This document shows, one piece after another, positions 28,786 to 37,417 of a DNA stretch of 64,000 nucleotides (position 1 is its first letter; every line of letters begins with the position of its first letter). The translations under genes and the position numbers were made by a program. The notes under the pieces are model-generated. The model was not told where the DNA came from and ran no database searches. It was given only the letters and a program-made list of their open reading frames with translations. Origin of the DNA: Tepidisphaera sp. (GTDB taxonomy: Bacteria; Planctomycetota; Phycisphaerae; Phycisphaerales; UBA1924); the NCBI GenBank assembly GCA_050916045.1, contig CP051526.1, positions 448,001-512,000 on the forward strand. The letters are read 5' to 3'.

Positions 28786-30003
28786 TTACTTCGTGGTTGC
28801 GGCGGCCGAAGCGGGCGCCGCCGGAGGAGCGACGAAGATCAGGGCCCCGTCGCGGAGCTTGAAGGATCCGGAGGACGCGATCTCGTCGCCGGCTTTGAGG
28901 CCTTCGGTGACGATGATGTCTTCCCCGAGGGTGGGGCCGATCTTGACGAACTGCTGCTTGGCGCGCAGGACGGGGTTGCCCTGGTCGTCCTTGCCCGCGG
29001 GAACGACCATGAACACCTGGTCGGCGTAGGAGGTTCGGCGGAGAGCGGTGCGGGGGATGGCGAGGTACGTCTGCGGTTCCTCGACCGGCACGCTGATCTG
29101 GATGAACATGCCGGGGCGCAGCTTGTCGTTCTTGTTGTCCACGACGGTGCGGACGCGAACGTTGCGGGTGGCGTTGTTGACGGCGGCGTCGACCGCGACG
29201 ACGCGGATGTCGATGGGCTCAGGCCCGAGGAGCGGCCCGGTGGCTTTCACGATGACGCCGGGCGCGACGCGGGGGAGGTATTCCTGGGGGATCGCGAAAT
29301 CGAGGTTGATGGTGTCGGAGACTTCCTGAAGCATGACGACCGAGGCGCCCTCGGCGAGGTACTGACCGGCGTGGACGTTGCGGAGACCGGCGCGGCCGCG
29401 GAAGGGGGCGCGGATGGTGCGTTTGTCCAAGCGGGTCTTGACCTGTTCGACGCGTGCTTTGGCCTGTTCGATCTCGGCGACGAGGCGGATACGGTCGGCG
29501 CGGGTGCGATCGAGCTCGGCGGCGGCGCGGTCGAGGTCGATGTCGGACATGGCCTTGAGCTTGACGGCTTCGTCGATGCGTCGGAGCTCGGTTTCGGCGA
29601 GCCGGAGGCGGGTGTCGGCGACGGCGACGTTGGCTTCGGCCACCTTGACGGAGGCCTGAGCGGCGACGAGATCGGCCTGGTCCTCGGCATCGTCGAGGGC
29701 GAGGAGTTCCGCGCCCTCCTCGATGATGGAGCCGGACTCAAAGTTGATGCGGGAGATGACGCCCGGGAGTTCGTTGCTCACGGTGACCGAGCGGAGAGCG
29801 AGCACGGTGCCCACGAGGCTTGAGGTGGGCTGCCAGGTGATCTCGCGGACCTTGACCACCTCGACGGAGGTCGCCGGCTCGCCGGGGCCCTTGGCTTCGG
29901 CGCTGGCTTGGTTCTGGCGGTGCTTGATGAACGCGAGCCCGCCGCCGACCACCGCGAGCAGGCCGAAGATCGCGACGCTGGCGAAAACAGTTGCCTTTTT
30001 CAT
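28786..30003 (-). CDS. RND efflux periplasmic adaptor (membrane fusion protein)
   Basis: N-terminal TM helix, lipoyl half-motifs (IRAPFRG), coiled coil, LRPGMF and GLKAGDEI. Confidence 0.93.
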   Translation of the reverse strand: MKKATVFASVAIFGLLAVVGGGLAFIKHRQNQASAEAKGPGEPATSVEVVKVREITWQPTSSLVGTVLALRSVTVSNELPGVISRINFESGSIIEEGAELLALDDAEDQADLVAAQASVKVAEANVAVADTRLRLAETELRRIDEAVKLKAMSDIDLDRAAAELDRTRADRIRLVAEIEQAKARVEQVKTRLDKRTIRAPFRGRAGLRNVHAGQYLAEGASVVMLQEVSDTINLDFAIPQEYLPRVAPGVIVKATGPLLGPEPIDIRVVAVDAAVNNATRNVRVRTVVDNKNDKLRPGMFIQISVPVEEPQTYLAIPRTALRRTSYADQVFMVVPAGKDDQGNPVLRAKQQFVKIGPTLGEDIIVTEGLKAGDEIASSGSFKLRDGALIFVAPPAAPASAAATTK

Positions 30004-30051
30004 GCCGGAATCCTGCTTCCCACCCCGTTCCCTCGGCCCGCCCGGGGCCAT

Positions 30052-30067
30052 TCAAACACGTGTTTGA
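30052..30067. promoter_or_regulatory. Perfect 16-bp palindrome, probable repressor operator of the RND operon
   Basis: TCAAACACGTGTTTGA, beginning 7 nt downstream of a minus-strand TACCAT -10 box (30074-30079). Confidence 0.65.
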
Positions 30068-30349
30068 CTGAGAATGGTACCCGCAGAAACCGGATTTTCC
30101 GCTCGGGGCCAGCGGAACGCATCGAAATTCATCAATATGCTGCTGGAGGTCCTTGGCCGGACAGTTGTTAAGTAAATTTTAATGACCCGGACTTCGGGTT
30201 TGTAGCGTGGCCAGGGCCACCGCTCGATCCCTTTCCTATCTCGGATGCCGGCCGATCGTCGGGCGACCTTGTTGCAACGTTTCACAGGTGCCGCGGCCTC
30301 TGGCGGAAGCGTGCGGCGGGCGAAGTTCCATCGCCGATATGCTGGGCGA

Positions 30350-30952
30350 ATGAAGCATGAGCAGGCCGTTCGGGCGGCGGTGAACGAGTACAACACCGAG
30401 TTTGCGACCAAGGGATGGGTCGCGATCTCGATGGGTGTGCTTTCGTCCTTGGTCATCTACGTGTTCATGCTGATGGCGTGCTGGGTGTTCTTCGGCGGCG
30501 GGTTTGTTCCGTGGTATGTGCTTGCGACGTTGATCTTCGCGATTTTCTTTGGTGTTTCGTGGTGGACGTGCTCCCGCGGGGTTGATCCGAGCGATGGCCT
30601 TCGGCCGATGGACGAGGATGATCTTGGCGCGGTCAAGGTGGCCCACCTGGCGACCGGGACGCTGATGAGTCCCCGGCACGCTTCGGCGGGAGCGGCCGGT
30701 CTCGTCATGCACGGAGCGGCGAGCATCCTCGAGGGCCGGTCGATGCTTGCGAGCAAGTTGCCCGAGGATGAAAGCACGGCCCGTGCGGCGGGGGAACTGC
30801 TTGCGCGACTCGCGGCCGAACAGAGCGTCCCGGTCAATCAGGTGAAGCTGCCAGCCGCGGCGCTGGTGCTTGTGCGCACGGGATTGGCGAAGGTGGACCG
30901 TGCGGGAACGGCTTTGCTCGCGACGGTCAAGGGGCGGGAAGCCGCTTCGTGA
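30350..30952 (+). CDS. Hypothetical membrane protein
   Basis: Two TM helices; TATGCT lies 6 nt before the ATG. Confidence 0.7.
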   Translation: MKHEQAVRAAVNEYNTEFATKGWVAISMGVLSSLVIYVFMLMACWVFFGGGFVPWYVLATLIFAIFFGVSWWTCSRGVDPSDGLRPMDEDDLGAVKVAHLATGTLMSPRHASAGAAGLVMHGAASILEGRSMLASKLPEDESTARAAGELLARLAAEQSVPVNQVKLPAAALVLVRTGLAKVDRAGTALLATVKGREAAS

Positions 30953-31063
30953 CGGTCGGCGGGTTCCGGCCCCGATGGGAGGGGCGAAATGCCTCGAATC
31001 CGTGAACCGGACGCGGATTGGTCGCGCTGGATCGGACCGGTTCGGTGATTCGGAGGCTGTCTC

Positions 31064-32293
31064 ATGCTGCTGGCTTCGACCCTGATTGCTTTGGCGTCCT
31101 TTCAACCGGCGTCCCCTTCGGCCGATGCTGCCAAGCCGGTGCGTTGGCCGGTTCACATCGTTGATGGTGACCGCCACCCCGGAGGCAGGTCGCCGGCGAT
31201 GGTGGTGGGCTCGCTCTTTACGGGCGGGCACTGCTACCGCGAAGACGATGGCAACCGGGTGCACGCGACGCCGGCGGGCCAGATCGTGATGCCGAGCCGG
31301 TACAAAGCGAACAAGTACAGCCCGGTGATGGCGGAGTACCTCCTCGGCAACGTGCGGCCGCGACCGGGGTGTGATGAGGAGGAGACTTGCGTCTTTCTGA
31401 CGAGCCCGCCGCTTGAGAATGGCTGGGACTTCACCGTCGACTCGGTCACGCTGACCGGGAACGTCTGGGAGGTGCAAGCAAGCTATTGGCACGACGACAT
31501 CAAGCATCAGTGGAGCCCGGGTGCGAACCGCGACGGCCAGATGCTTCGATTGGGCTGGCTGCCGGCGGGGGAGTATGTGTGCAGGCTCACGCTTCACGAT
31601 CGATTCATGTCGGCGGACGCCAAGCGGAAGGGGATCTACGAGCTCACCAAGGTCCGCACGGGCGAGGTCAAGTTCACGGTGACCAAGAGCGACCCGTGGC
31701 GATTTCACTCATGGGATCAGCCGCAGACCACCGCCGTTCTCAAGCTTGAGGACATGAAGGAAACGCGGCATGAGCCGGTGCCGGCCCAGCAGATGCCCTT
31801 CTACGCCGCCAAGCGCGAGGACGTCGTTCCGGTTGCTTCGGGCGGGTCGAAATCCGTCGAGCCGACGGTCGAGGTCCGCGTCGCGCCGGCGCTGGATTGG
31901 CGAAAGCACAGCCAGTCGGCCGAGGCTTTGTGGCAGAAAGCGAGCGGCGAGGCGGTGACGGACGGCGTGCTGGTGGCTGAGATCCGCGGGGGTGAGAAGC
32001 AGACCATGGGCCGGCACGACTGGGCCGAGATCACGTCCGTGGAATGGAATGCGCCGGACGCGCAGCGCGACGGCCCGGGGGCGCCGCCGAGCGTGACGGT
32101 CCGTGCGACGGTCTGGCGGAGAGCGTTCATCGACGGGAACAAGCCGCAGTCGACGGTTCCGTGCTTCGCGGTCCCGCTTGAGACCGCCGGGCTTCCGCCG
32201 GTCGCCGAGTGCGCGAAAGTGATCCGGGTGAACGTCGTCTGGACCGAGGGCGTCGACAATCCGCGCGGCGCGGTGTATCAGAGCGGACGCTGA
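31064..32293 (+). CDS. Hypothetical secreted protein
   Basis: GGAGG RBS, signal-peptide-like N-terminus, 409-aa ORF with GC-rich third codon positions. Confidence 0.7.
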   Translation: MLLASTLIALASFQPASPSADAAKPVRWPVHIVDGDRHPGGRSPAMVVGSLFTGGHCYREDDGNRVHATPAGQIVMPSRYKANKYSPVMAEYLLGNVRPRPGCDEEETCVFLTSPPLENGWDFTVDSVTLTGNVWEVQASYWHDDIKHQWSPGANRDGQMLRLGWLPAGEYVCRLTLHDRFMSADAKRKGIYELTKVRTGEVKFTVTKSDPWRFHSWDQPQTTAVLKLEDMKETRHEPVPAQQMPFYAAKREDVVPVASGGSKSVEPTVEVRVAPALDWRKHSQSAEALWQKASGEAVTDGVLVAEIRGGEKQTMGRHDWAEITSVEWNAPDAQRDGPGAPPSVTVRATVWRRAFIDGNKPQSTVPCFAVPLETAGLPPVAECAKVIRVNVVWTEGVDNPRGAVYQSGR

Positions 32294-32299
32294 CCGCTT

Positions 32300-33844
32300 T
32301 CAGTGTTCGTCGAGCATGTTGACGTTGCGTCGTTCCTTGAGCATCGTCGCGCCGATGATGACCGTCAGCGCGGCGATGCTCATCGGGTACCAGAGCCCGG
32401 CGAACTTGTTCCCGGTCGCTTGCACGAGGTACTGCGCCGTGAAGGGCACGAGGCCTCCGAAGACGCCGTTGCCGATGTGGTACGGCAAGCTCATGGAGGT
32501 GTACCGGATCCGCGTGGGGAAGAGCTCGACGAGGAATGCGGCGATGGGCCCGTAGACCATGGTGACGAAGATCACCTGGATGAAGACAAGCCCGATCAGC
32601 TTGAGCGCCGGTGGGCTTGTGATGCTCGGGAAGGTGATCTGGTGGGTGATGACGGGCTTGGGAGCCGGATCCGTCGCGGTCGGCGTGGGGGACAGCGTCT
32701 TGACGATGTCGACGGTGCCGTCGGCGTACGTGTTGCGGACCGAAGCGATGGGACCGGACTTCGTCGCCGTTGGTGCAAGGGTCTCCGTGGCTGTGAGCGA
32801 GAAGCGGGCGGGGTCGGAAACGTCGGCGATGCGGACCTTCGCCCCGTATATCGGGTAGTACGAAGCGATGGCGACCACGCAGCCGACGAGGATGATCCAT
32901 TTGCGGCCGATGCGGTCGGAGAGAGCGCCGAAGACGATGAAGAACGGTGTCGCGAGGACCAGAGCGATACCGACGAGGATCTCAGCTTGCATGGCCTCGA
33001 TGCCGAGGGTCACTTTCATGAAGTTCATCGCGTAGAACTGACCGGTATACCAGACGACGCCCTGGCCGGCGGTGGCGCCGAAGAGCGCGAGCAGGACGAG
33101 CTTGCGGTTGGCCGGGTTGACGAAGCTCTCCTTGAGGGGATTCTTGGTGCCCTTGCCGGATGCTTTCATGCGTTGGAAGAGCGGCGACTCGTTCATCCGG
33201 CGGCGGATGTAGTACGAGAAGAGCACCAGCAGCATCGAGACCCAGAAGGGGATCCGCCAGCCCCATGCCGCGAACTGCTCCGGCGTCAGGAGGGTGCGGC
33301 AGGCGATGATGACCGCAAGCGAGAGGAACAAACCAAGCGTGGCGGTCGTCTGGATCCAGCTTGTCCAGTACCCGCGCTTGCCGTCGGGGCAGTGCTCGGC
33401 GACGTACGTGGCCGCTCCGCCGTACTCGCCGCCCAGCGCGAGCCCCTGCAGCAGTCGGAGGATGACGAGGATGACCGGCGCCGCCCAGCCGATGGTGGCA
33501 AAGCCCGGCAGGATGCCGATGGCGAAGGTTGCTCCGCCCATGAGGAGCAGGGTGACCATGAACGTGTGCTTGCGGCCGATGACGTCGCCCAGCGCCCCGA
33601 AGATCAGGGCGCCAAAGGGCCGGACAACGAACCCGATGGCGAACGTGGCGAGCGTCGAGAGCAGGGCTGTCGCGTCGCTTGAACCGGGAAAGAAGACCGT
33701 TGCGATCGTGGTGGCGAGGGCTCCGAAGATGTAGAAGTCGTACCACTCGATGAGCGTGCCGGCGGAGGAAGCTCCGACGATCGACCAGAGGCTTCGGGGC
33801 GGCTCAATCTTGGGAGCGGAGGAGGCGGGGGCAGATTCGGTCAT
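32300..33844 (-). CDS. MFS transporter, MHS (metabolite:H+ symporter) family
   Basis: Motifs GTLIEWYDF, RPFGALIFG.LGD.IGRK, RLLQGLALGGEYGGA, SDRIGRK and ELFPTRIRY. True start is MTESA. Confidence 0.95.
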   Translation of the reverse strand: MTESAPASSAPKIEPPRSLWSIVGASSAGTLIEWYDFYIFGALATTIATVFFPGSSDATALLSTLATFAIGFVVRPFGALIFGALGDVIGRKHTFMVTLLLMGGATFAIGILPGFATIGWAAPVILVILRLLQGLALGGEYGGAATYVAEHCPDGKRGYWTSWIQTTATLGLFLSLAVIIACRTLLTPEQFAAWGWRIPFWVSMLLVLFSYYIRRRMNESPLFQRMKASGKGTKNPLKESFVNPANRKLVLLALFGATAGQGVVWYTGQFYAMNFMKVTLGIEAMQAEILVGIALVLATPFFIVFGALSDRIGRKWIILVGCVVAIASYYPIYGAKVRIADVSDPARFSLTATETLAPTATKSGPIASVRNTYADGTVDIVKTLSPTPTATDPAPKPVITHQITFPSITSPPALKLIGLVFIQVIFVTMVYGPIAAFLVELFPTRIRYTSMSLPYHIGNGVFGGLVPFTAQYLVQATGNKFAGLWYPMSIAALTVIIGATMLKERRNVNMLDEH

Positions 33845-34132
33845 GGAGCGGAGCTTACCGGAATCGGTCGATTGCCTCCCGAGCGGGCGAAAGTCGCTCG
33901 TGCGAGCCCGGAAAGCGCTCCGCTCGGAGATGCGACGCCCCCGACCGACGCTCTGGTGATCGGTGGCGACGCGGCGAAGGACCGAGAAGGGCTTTTGAGA
34001 CCGTGCAACCAATCGGTCGCCGCTCCGAACGGGTGCGGCAACGAATGGCGACGCATGGGCTCTGCATGCATTGGCACGTTGTTGTGCATGCGTCGGCGAG
34101 GCACGCGCAAGAAGTGCGAACCGAGCGAGCGA

Positions 34133-34248
34133 GAAACGTTCCGGAATGTTTCGAGATCTCAATCGCGCAGGTTTCCTGTGGAAAACTCGCAGAATTCTGC
34201 ATCGTCTCAAGAACGTTCCATGGACACGGCGCGAGGATCTGGTAGCTT
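34133..34248 (+). promoter_or_regulatory. LacI-type operator-like boxes and putative promoter of the GH13 gene
   Basis: GAAACGTTCC/GGAATGTTTC 20-bp near-palindrome (34133-34152), GAACGTTC (34211-34218), then TGGACA-N16-TAGCTT. Confidence 0.5.
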
Positions 34249-34297
34249 GACGCTCGCATGCCGCGTCTGGCATCGCTTGTTCCCTGGAGCACGCAAC

Positions 34298-36703
34298 ATG
34301 ATGAATCGTGGACACGGTCGTTGGCCCGGTGGCGGAGCGGTTCGGCGTTTTGTCGCGAGCAGCGGAGCGTTTCTCGCGCTCGCCGGTTCGGCGCTGCTGA
34401 GCGTCGGGAGCGCATGGGCGCAGTCGACGCGGCCCGGGATGGGCGCGGTGCGGTACTCCGACAGCGGTGGTGGAACGATGTTCCGCGTCTGGGCTCCCAA
34501 CGCGACCGCGGTCGCCGTGGCCGGCGATTTCAACGCGTGGAACGGCACCAGCCTGCCGCTCACCAGCGAGGGGAACGGCAACTGGTCTCGCGACGTCGCC
34601 GGCGCGACGGAGGGGCAGCAGTACAAGTACGTCATCACCAACGGCACCACGGCGTGGAAGAACGATTCGCGAGCCCGTCAGCTGACCAATAGCACCGGCA
34701 ACAGCATCATCCGCGGCGACACCTTTGACTGGTCGGTCTACGGCAACTCGGTCACGATCTTCACCGACGGGTTCGAGGGCGCGACCTTCAACGCCGCCTG
34801 GACGCGGACGGGCACCAGCACGTGGCGGATCGCCCAGTCCACGACGTACAAAGCCAGCGGCACCAAGGGCTGCACGTTCGACAGCTCCGCTTCGAGCACC
34901 TACGAGACGAGCCAGCTCACCACCACGGTCAACGCCACCAACTACGGGGCTCTTACGCTGACCTACAGCGTCCGCAACGTCGGCGAGGAAGTGCACACGC
35001 AGGACGGTGTGTTCATCTCCAACAACGGCACGACGTGGACGAAGGTTGACTCCTACCCGGCGATCTCGGCGAGCTTCTCGACGCGGGTCGTCAACCTCTC
35101 TTCCGCCGCGGCGGCCGCGGGGATCACGCCCGGCTCGACGTTCCGCGTCCGGTTCCAGCAGTACGACAATTCGCCGCTTCCCTCCGACGGCCTCGCGATC
35201 GATGATGTCACGATCGCGGGCAAGCTCAAGAGCCCGTCGTTCACGACGCCGGCGTGGAACGAGATGGTCATCTACGAGATGCACGTGGGCACGCTCAACG
35301 ACGTCGCGGGCGGCACGCCGGGCACGTTCGATACGGCGATCGCCAAGCTCGACTACCTCCAGGGGATGGGCGTTAACGCCGTCAAGGTGATGCCGGTCTG
35401 TGAGTTCGCCGGTGACTTCTCCTGGGGGTATAACCCGGGCCACCCCTTCGCCGTCGAGTCGATCTACGGCGGGATGAACAACTACAAGAAGTTCATCAAC
35501 GAAGCCCACGCCCGCGGGATCGCGGTGATCCAGGACGTCGTCTACAACCACCTTGGGCCCAGCGATCTTGACATGTGGCGGTTCGACGGCTGGTACCAGA
35601 ACAACCTCGGCGGCGTCTACTTCTTCCAGGATTGGCGTGCTTCGACGCCCTGGGGCGATACGCGTCCGGACTACGGTCGCGGCGAGGTCCGGTCGTTCCT
35701 GCGGGACAACGCGATGATGTGGCTTCAGGAGTTCCGGGCCGACGGCCTGCGCTGGGACTCGACGGTCAATATTCGCACTCAGAACAACGGCGGCGGCGGC
35801 GACATCGCCGACGGCTGGACGCTGATGCAGTACATCAACAACGAGATCAACGCCAACGTCGGCTGGAAGATCTCGATCGCCGAAGACCTGCAAGCCAACG
35901 ACTGGCTCACCAAGACCACCGGCGCGGGCGGCGCCGGGTTTGACAGCCAGTGGGACTCGCGGTTCGTCCATCCGATCCGCGCCGCGGTCATCAACGGGAG
36001 CGACGCTTCCCGCGACATGTGGGCCGTCAAGGGCGCGATCGAGTCCCTGTACAACGCCGACGCCGTCCAACGCGTCATCTACACCGAAAGCCACGACGAG
36101 GTCAACAACGGCCACTCCCGCGTCCCCGAAGAGATTTGGCCCGGCAACGCCGGGAGCTGGGCGAGCAAGAAGCGGTCCACCCTGGGTGCCGGCCTCGTGA
36201 TGACGAGCCCGGGCGTGCCGATGATCTTCCAGGGGCAGGAGATCCTCGAGGACGGGTTCTGGGCCGACACCGACCCGATCGACTGGACCAAGCTCACGAC
36301 CTACGCGGGCATCCAGACGATGTATCGCGACCTGATCCGCCTGCGCCGCAACTGGTACGACACGACCCGCGGCTTGCGCGGCAACAACACGAATGTTCAC
36401 CACGTGAACAACACCAACAAGGTGATCGGGTTCCACCGCTGGCAGAACGGCGGCGCGAAGGACGACGTGATCGTCATCGCGAACTTCGCGAACACCTCGT
36501 ACGCGAGCTACAACATCGGCTTCCCCCGCGGCGGCACATGGAAGGTGCGCTTCAACAGCGACTGGAACGGGTACTCCGGCGACTTCGGCAACACCAACAG
36601 CTACGACACGACGGCCAACGCCGGTGCCAAGGATGGCATGAGCTTCAACGGCAACGTCGGGATCGGGCCGTACACGGTGATCATCCTGTCCCAGGACAAT
36701 TAA
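34298..36703 (+). CDS. Secreted GH13 alpha-amylase family enzyme (CBM48 + inserted beta domain + branching enzyme/TreZ-like catalytic domain)
   Basis: Signal peptide ending AWA-Q; FRVWAPNA..V.VAGDFNAW; IYEMHVG; SWGYNP; DVVYNH; catalytic GLRWD, IAED and ESHDE. Confidence 0.93.
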   Translation: MMNRGHGRWPGGGAVRRFVASSGAFLALAGSALLSVGSAWAQSTRPGMGAVRYSDSGGGTMFRVWAPNATAVAVAGDFNAWNGTSLPLTSEGNGNWSRDVAGATEGQQYKYVITNGTTAWKNDSRARQLTNSTGNSIIRGDTFDWSVYGNSVTIFTDGFEGATFNAAWTRTGTSTWRIAQSTTYKASGTKGCTFDSSASSTYETSQLTTTVNATNYGALTLTYSVRNVGEEVHTQDGVFISNNGTTWTKVDSYPAISASFSTRVVNLSSAAAAAGITPGSTFRVRFQQYDNSPLPSDGLAIDDVTIAGKLKSPSFTTPAWNEMVIYEMHVGTLNDVAGGTPGTFDTAIAKLDYLQGMGVNAVKVMPVCEFAGDFSWGYNPGHPFAVESIYGGMNNYKKFINEAHARGIAVIQDVVYNHLGPSDLDMWRFDGWYQNNLGGVYFFQDWRASTPWGDTRPDYGRGEVRSFLRDNAMMWLQEFRADGLRWDSTVNIRTQNNGGGGDIADGWTLMQYINNEINANVGWKISIAEDLQANDWLTKTTGAGGAGFDSQWDSRFVHPIRAAVINGSDASRDMWAVKGAIESLYNADAVQRVIYTESHDEVNNGHSRVPEEIWPGNAGSWASKKRSTLGAGLVMTSPGVPMIFQGQEILEDGFWADTDPIDWTKLTTYAGIQTMYRDLIRLRRNWYDTTRGLRGNNTNVHHVNNTNKVIGFHRWQNGGAKDDVIVIANFANTSYASYNIGFPRGGTWKVRFNSDWNGYSGDFGNTNSYDTTANAGAKDGMSFNGNVGIGPYTVIILSQDN

Positions 36704-36764
36704 GAGACCTCCGGAGCCCCGAGCTTCAGCAAGCGGGTCCCTTCGACATCGCAGAGCCTTCCTG

Positions 36765-36797
36765 CAAGGGCGGAACGCGGAAAGCGCTCCGCCCTTG
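36765..36797 (+). terminator. GC-rich hairpin after the GH13 gene (possible terminator)
   Basis: CAAGGGCGGA...TCCGCCCTTG stem; weak U-tract. Confidence 0.45.
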
Positions 36798-36931
36798 TCA
36801 TTGGCCGGCTCAACGGCTGATAACCCGCGATCAGCAGCGCCGTCGCCGGCAAAGCGTGACGCCCGCGGGCAGAGTCGCGGATCTCTTGGGTTTCAGGTGC
36901 AGTTGGCCCGGCATCCGTCCGATGCGCCGAT

Positions 36932-37414
36932 ATGAGCACTGAGCCCTATTCGCAGGAAGGCATGGCTTGCATCCCAAACACGGTTTCCGCGATCATGACG
37001 CGGCATGTGGTGACGGTCGGCATGGACACCAAGCTGCGAGCGGTGCGGCAGCTCTTTGAGCTTCATCGAATCCATCACCTCCCGGTGATCGAGGGTGGCT
37101 TCGTGATAGGGATCGTCTCCGACCGCGACCTGCTGCTCGCCCTTTCCCCCTCAGTTGATGCTCCCGCCGCGACCGCCCGCGACCTCGCGACGCTCGACAA
37201 GCACGTCCACCAGATCATGCATCGCGGCGTCGTCACGATCAGCCCGCTCGCTTCGATCACGCAAGCCGGCCAGATCATGCTCGCCCAGCGGATCTCCGCG
37301 CTCCCCGTGGTCGAGGGCGAAGAGGGCGCGAAGCGCTGCGTCGGCATCGTCACCAGCCGCGACTTCATGAAGTGGTGCCTGCAGGCGGGATGTCCGACGG
37401 CGAAGGTCGCCTAA
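36932..37414 (+). CDS. CBS domain pair protein
   Basis: IMTRHVVTV...IHHLPVI..GIVSDRD and IMHRGVVTI...ISALPVV...GIVTSRD. Confidence 0.9.
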   Translation: MSTEPYSQEGMACIPNTVSAIMTRHVVTVGMDTKLRAVRQLFELHRIHHLPVIEGGFVIGIVSDRDLLLALSPSVDAPAATARDLATLDKHVHQIMHRGVVTISPLASITQAGQIMLAQRISALPVVEGEEGAKRCVGIVTSRDFMKWCLQAGCPTAKVA

Positions 37415-37417
37415 GCA

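Noticed and set aside
33845..34297. Long intergenic region as a possible riboswitch or ncRNA
   Set aside because: Small hairpins exist, but I recognise no tRNA, riboswitch or ncRNA consensus. A covariance-model search would be needed.
32300..36436. 1378-aa minus-strand ORF suggesting a giant MFS fusion
   Set aside because: Only the last 514 codons are MFS-like. The rest is the stop-free antisense shadow of the GH13 gene plus intergenic DNA, and a TAAGCT box sits 7 nt before the real ATG at 33844.
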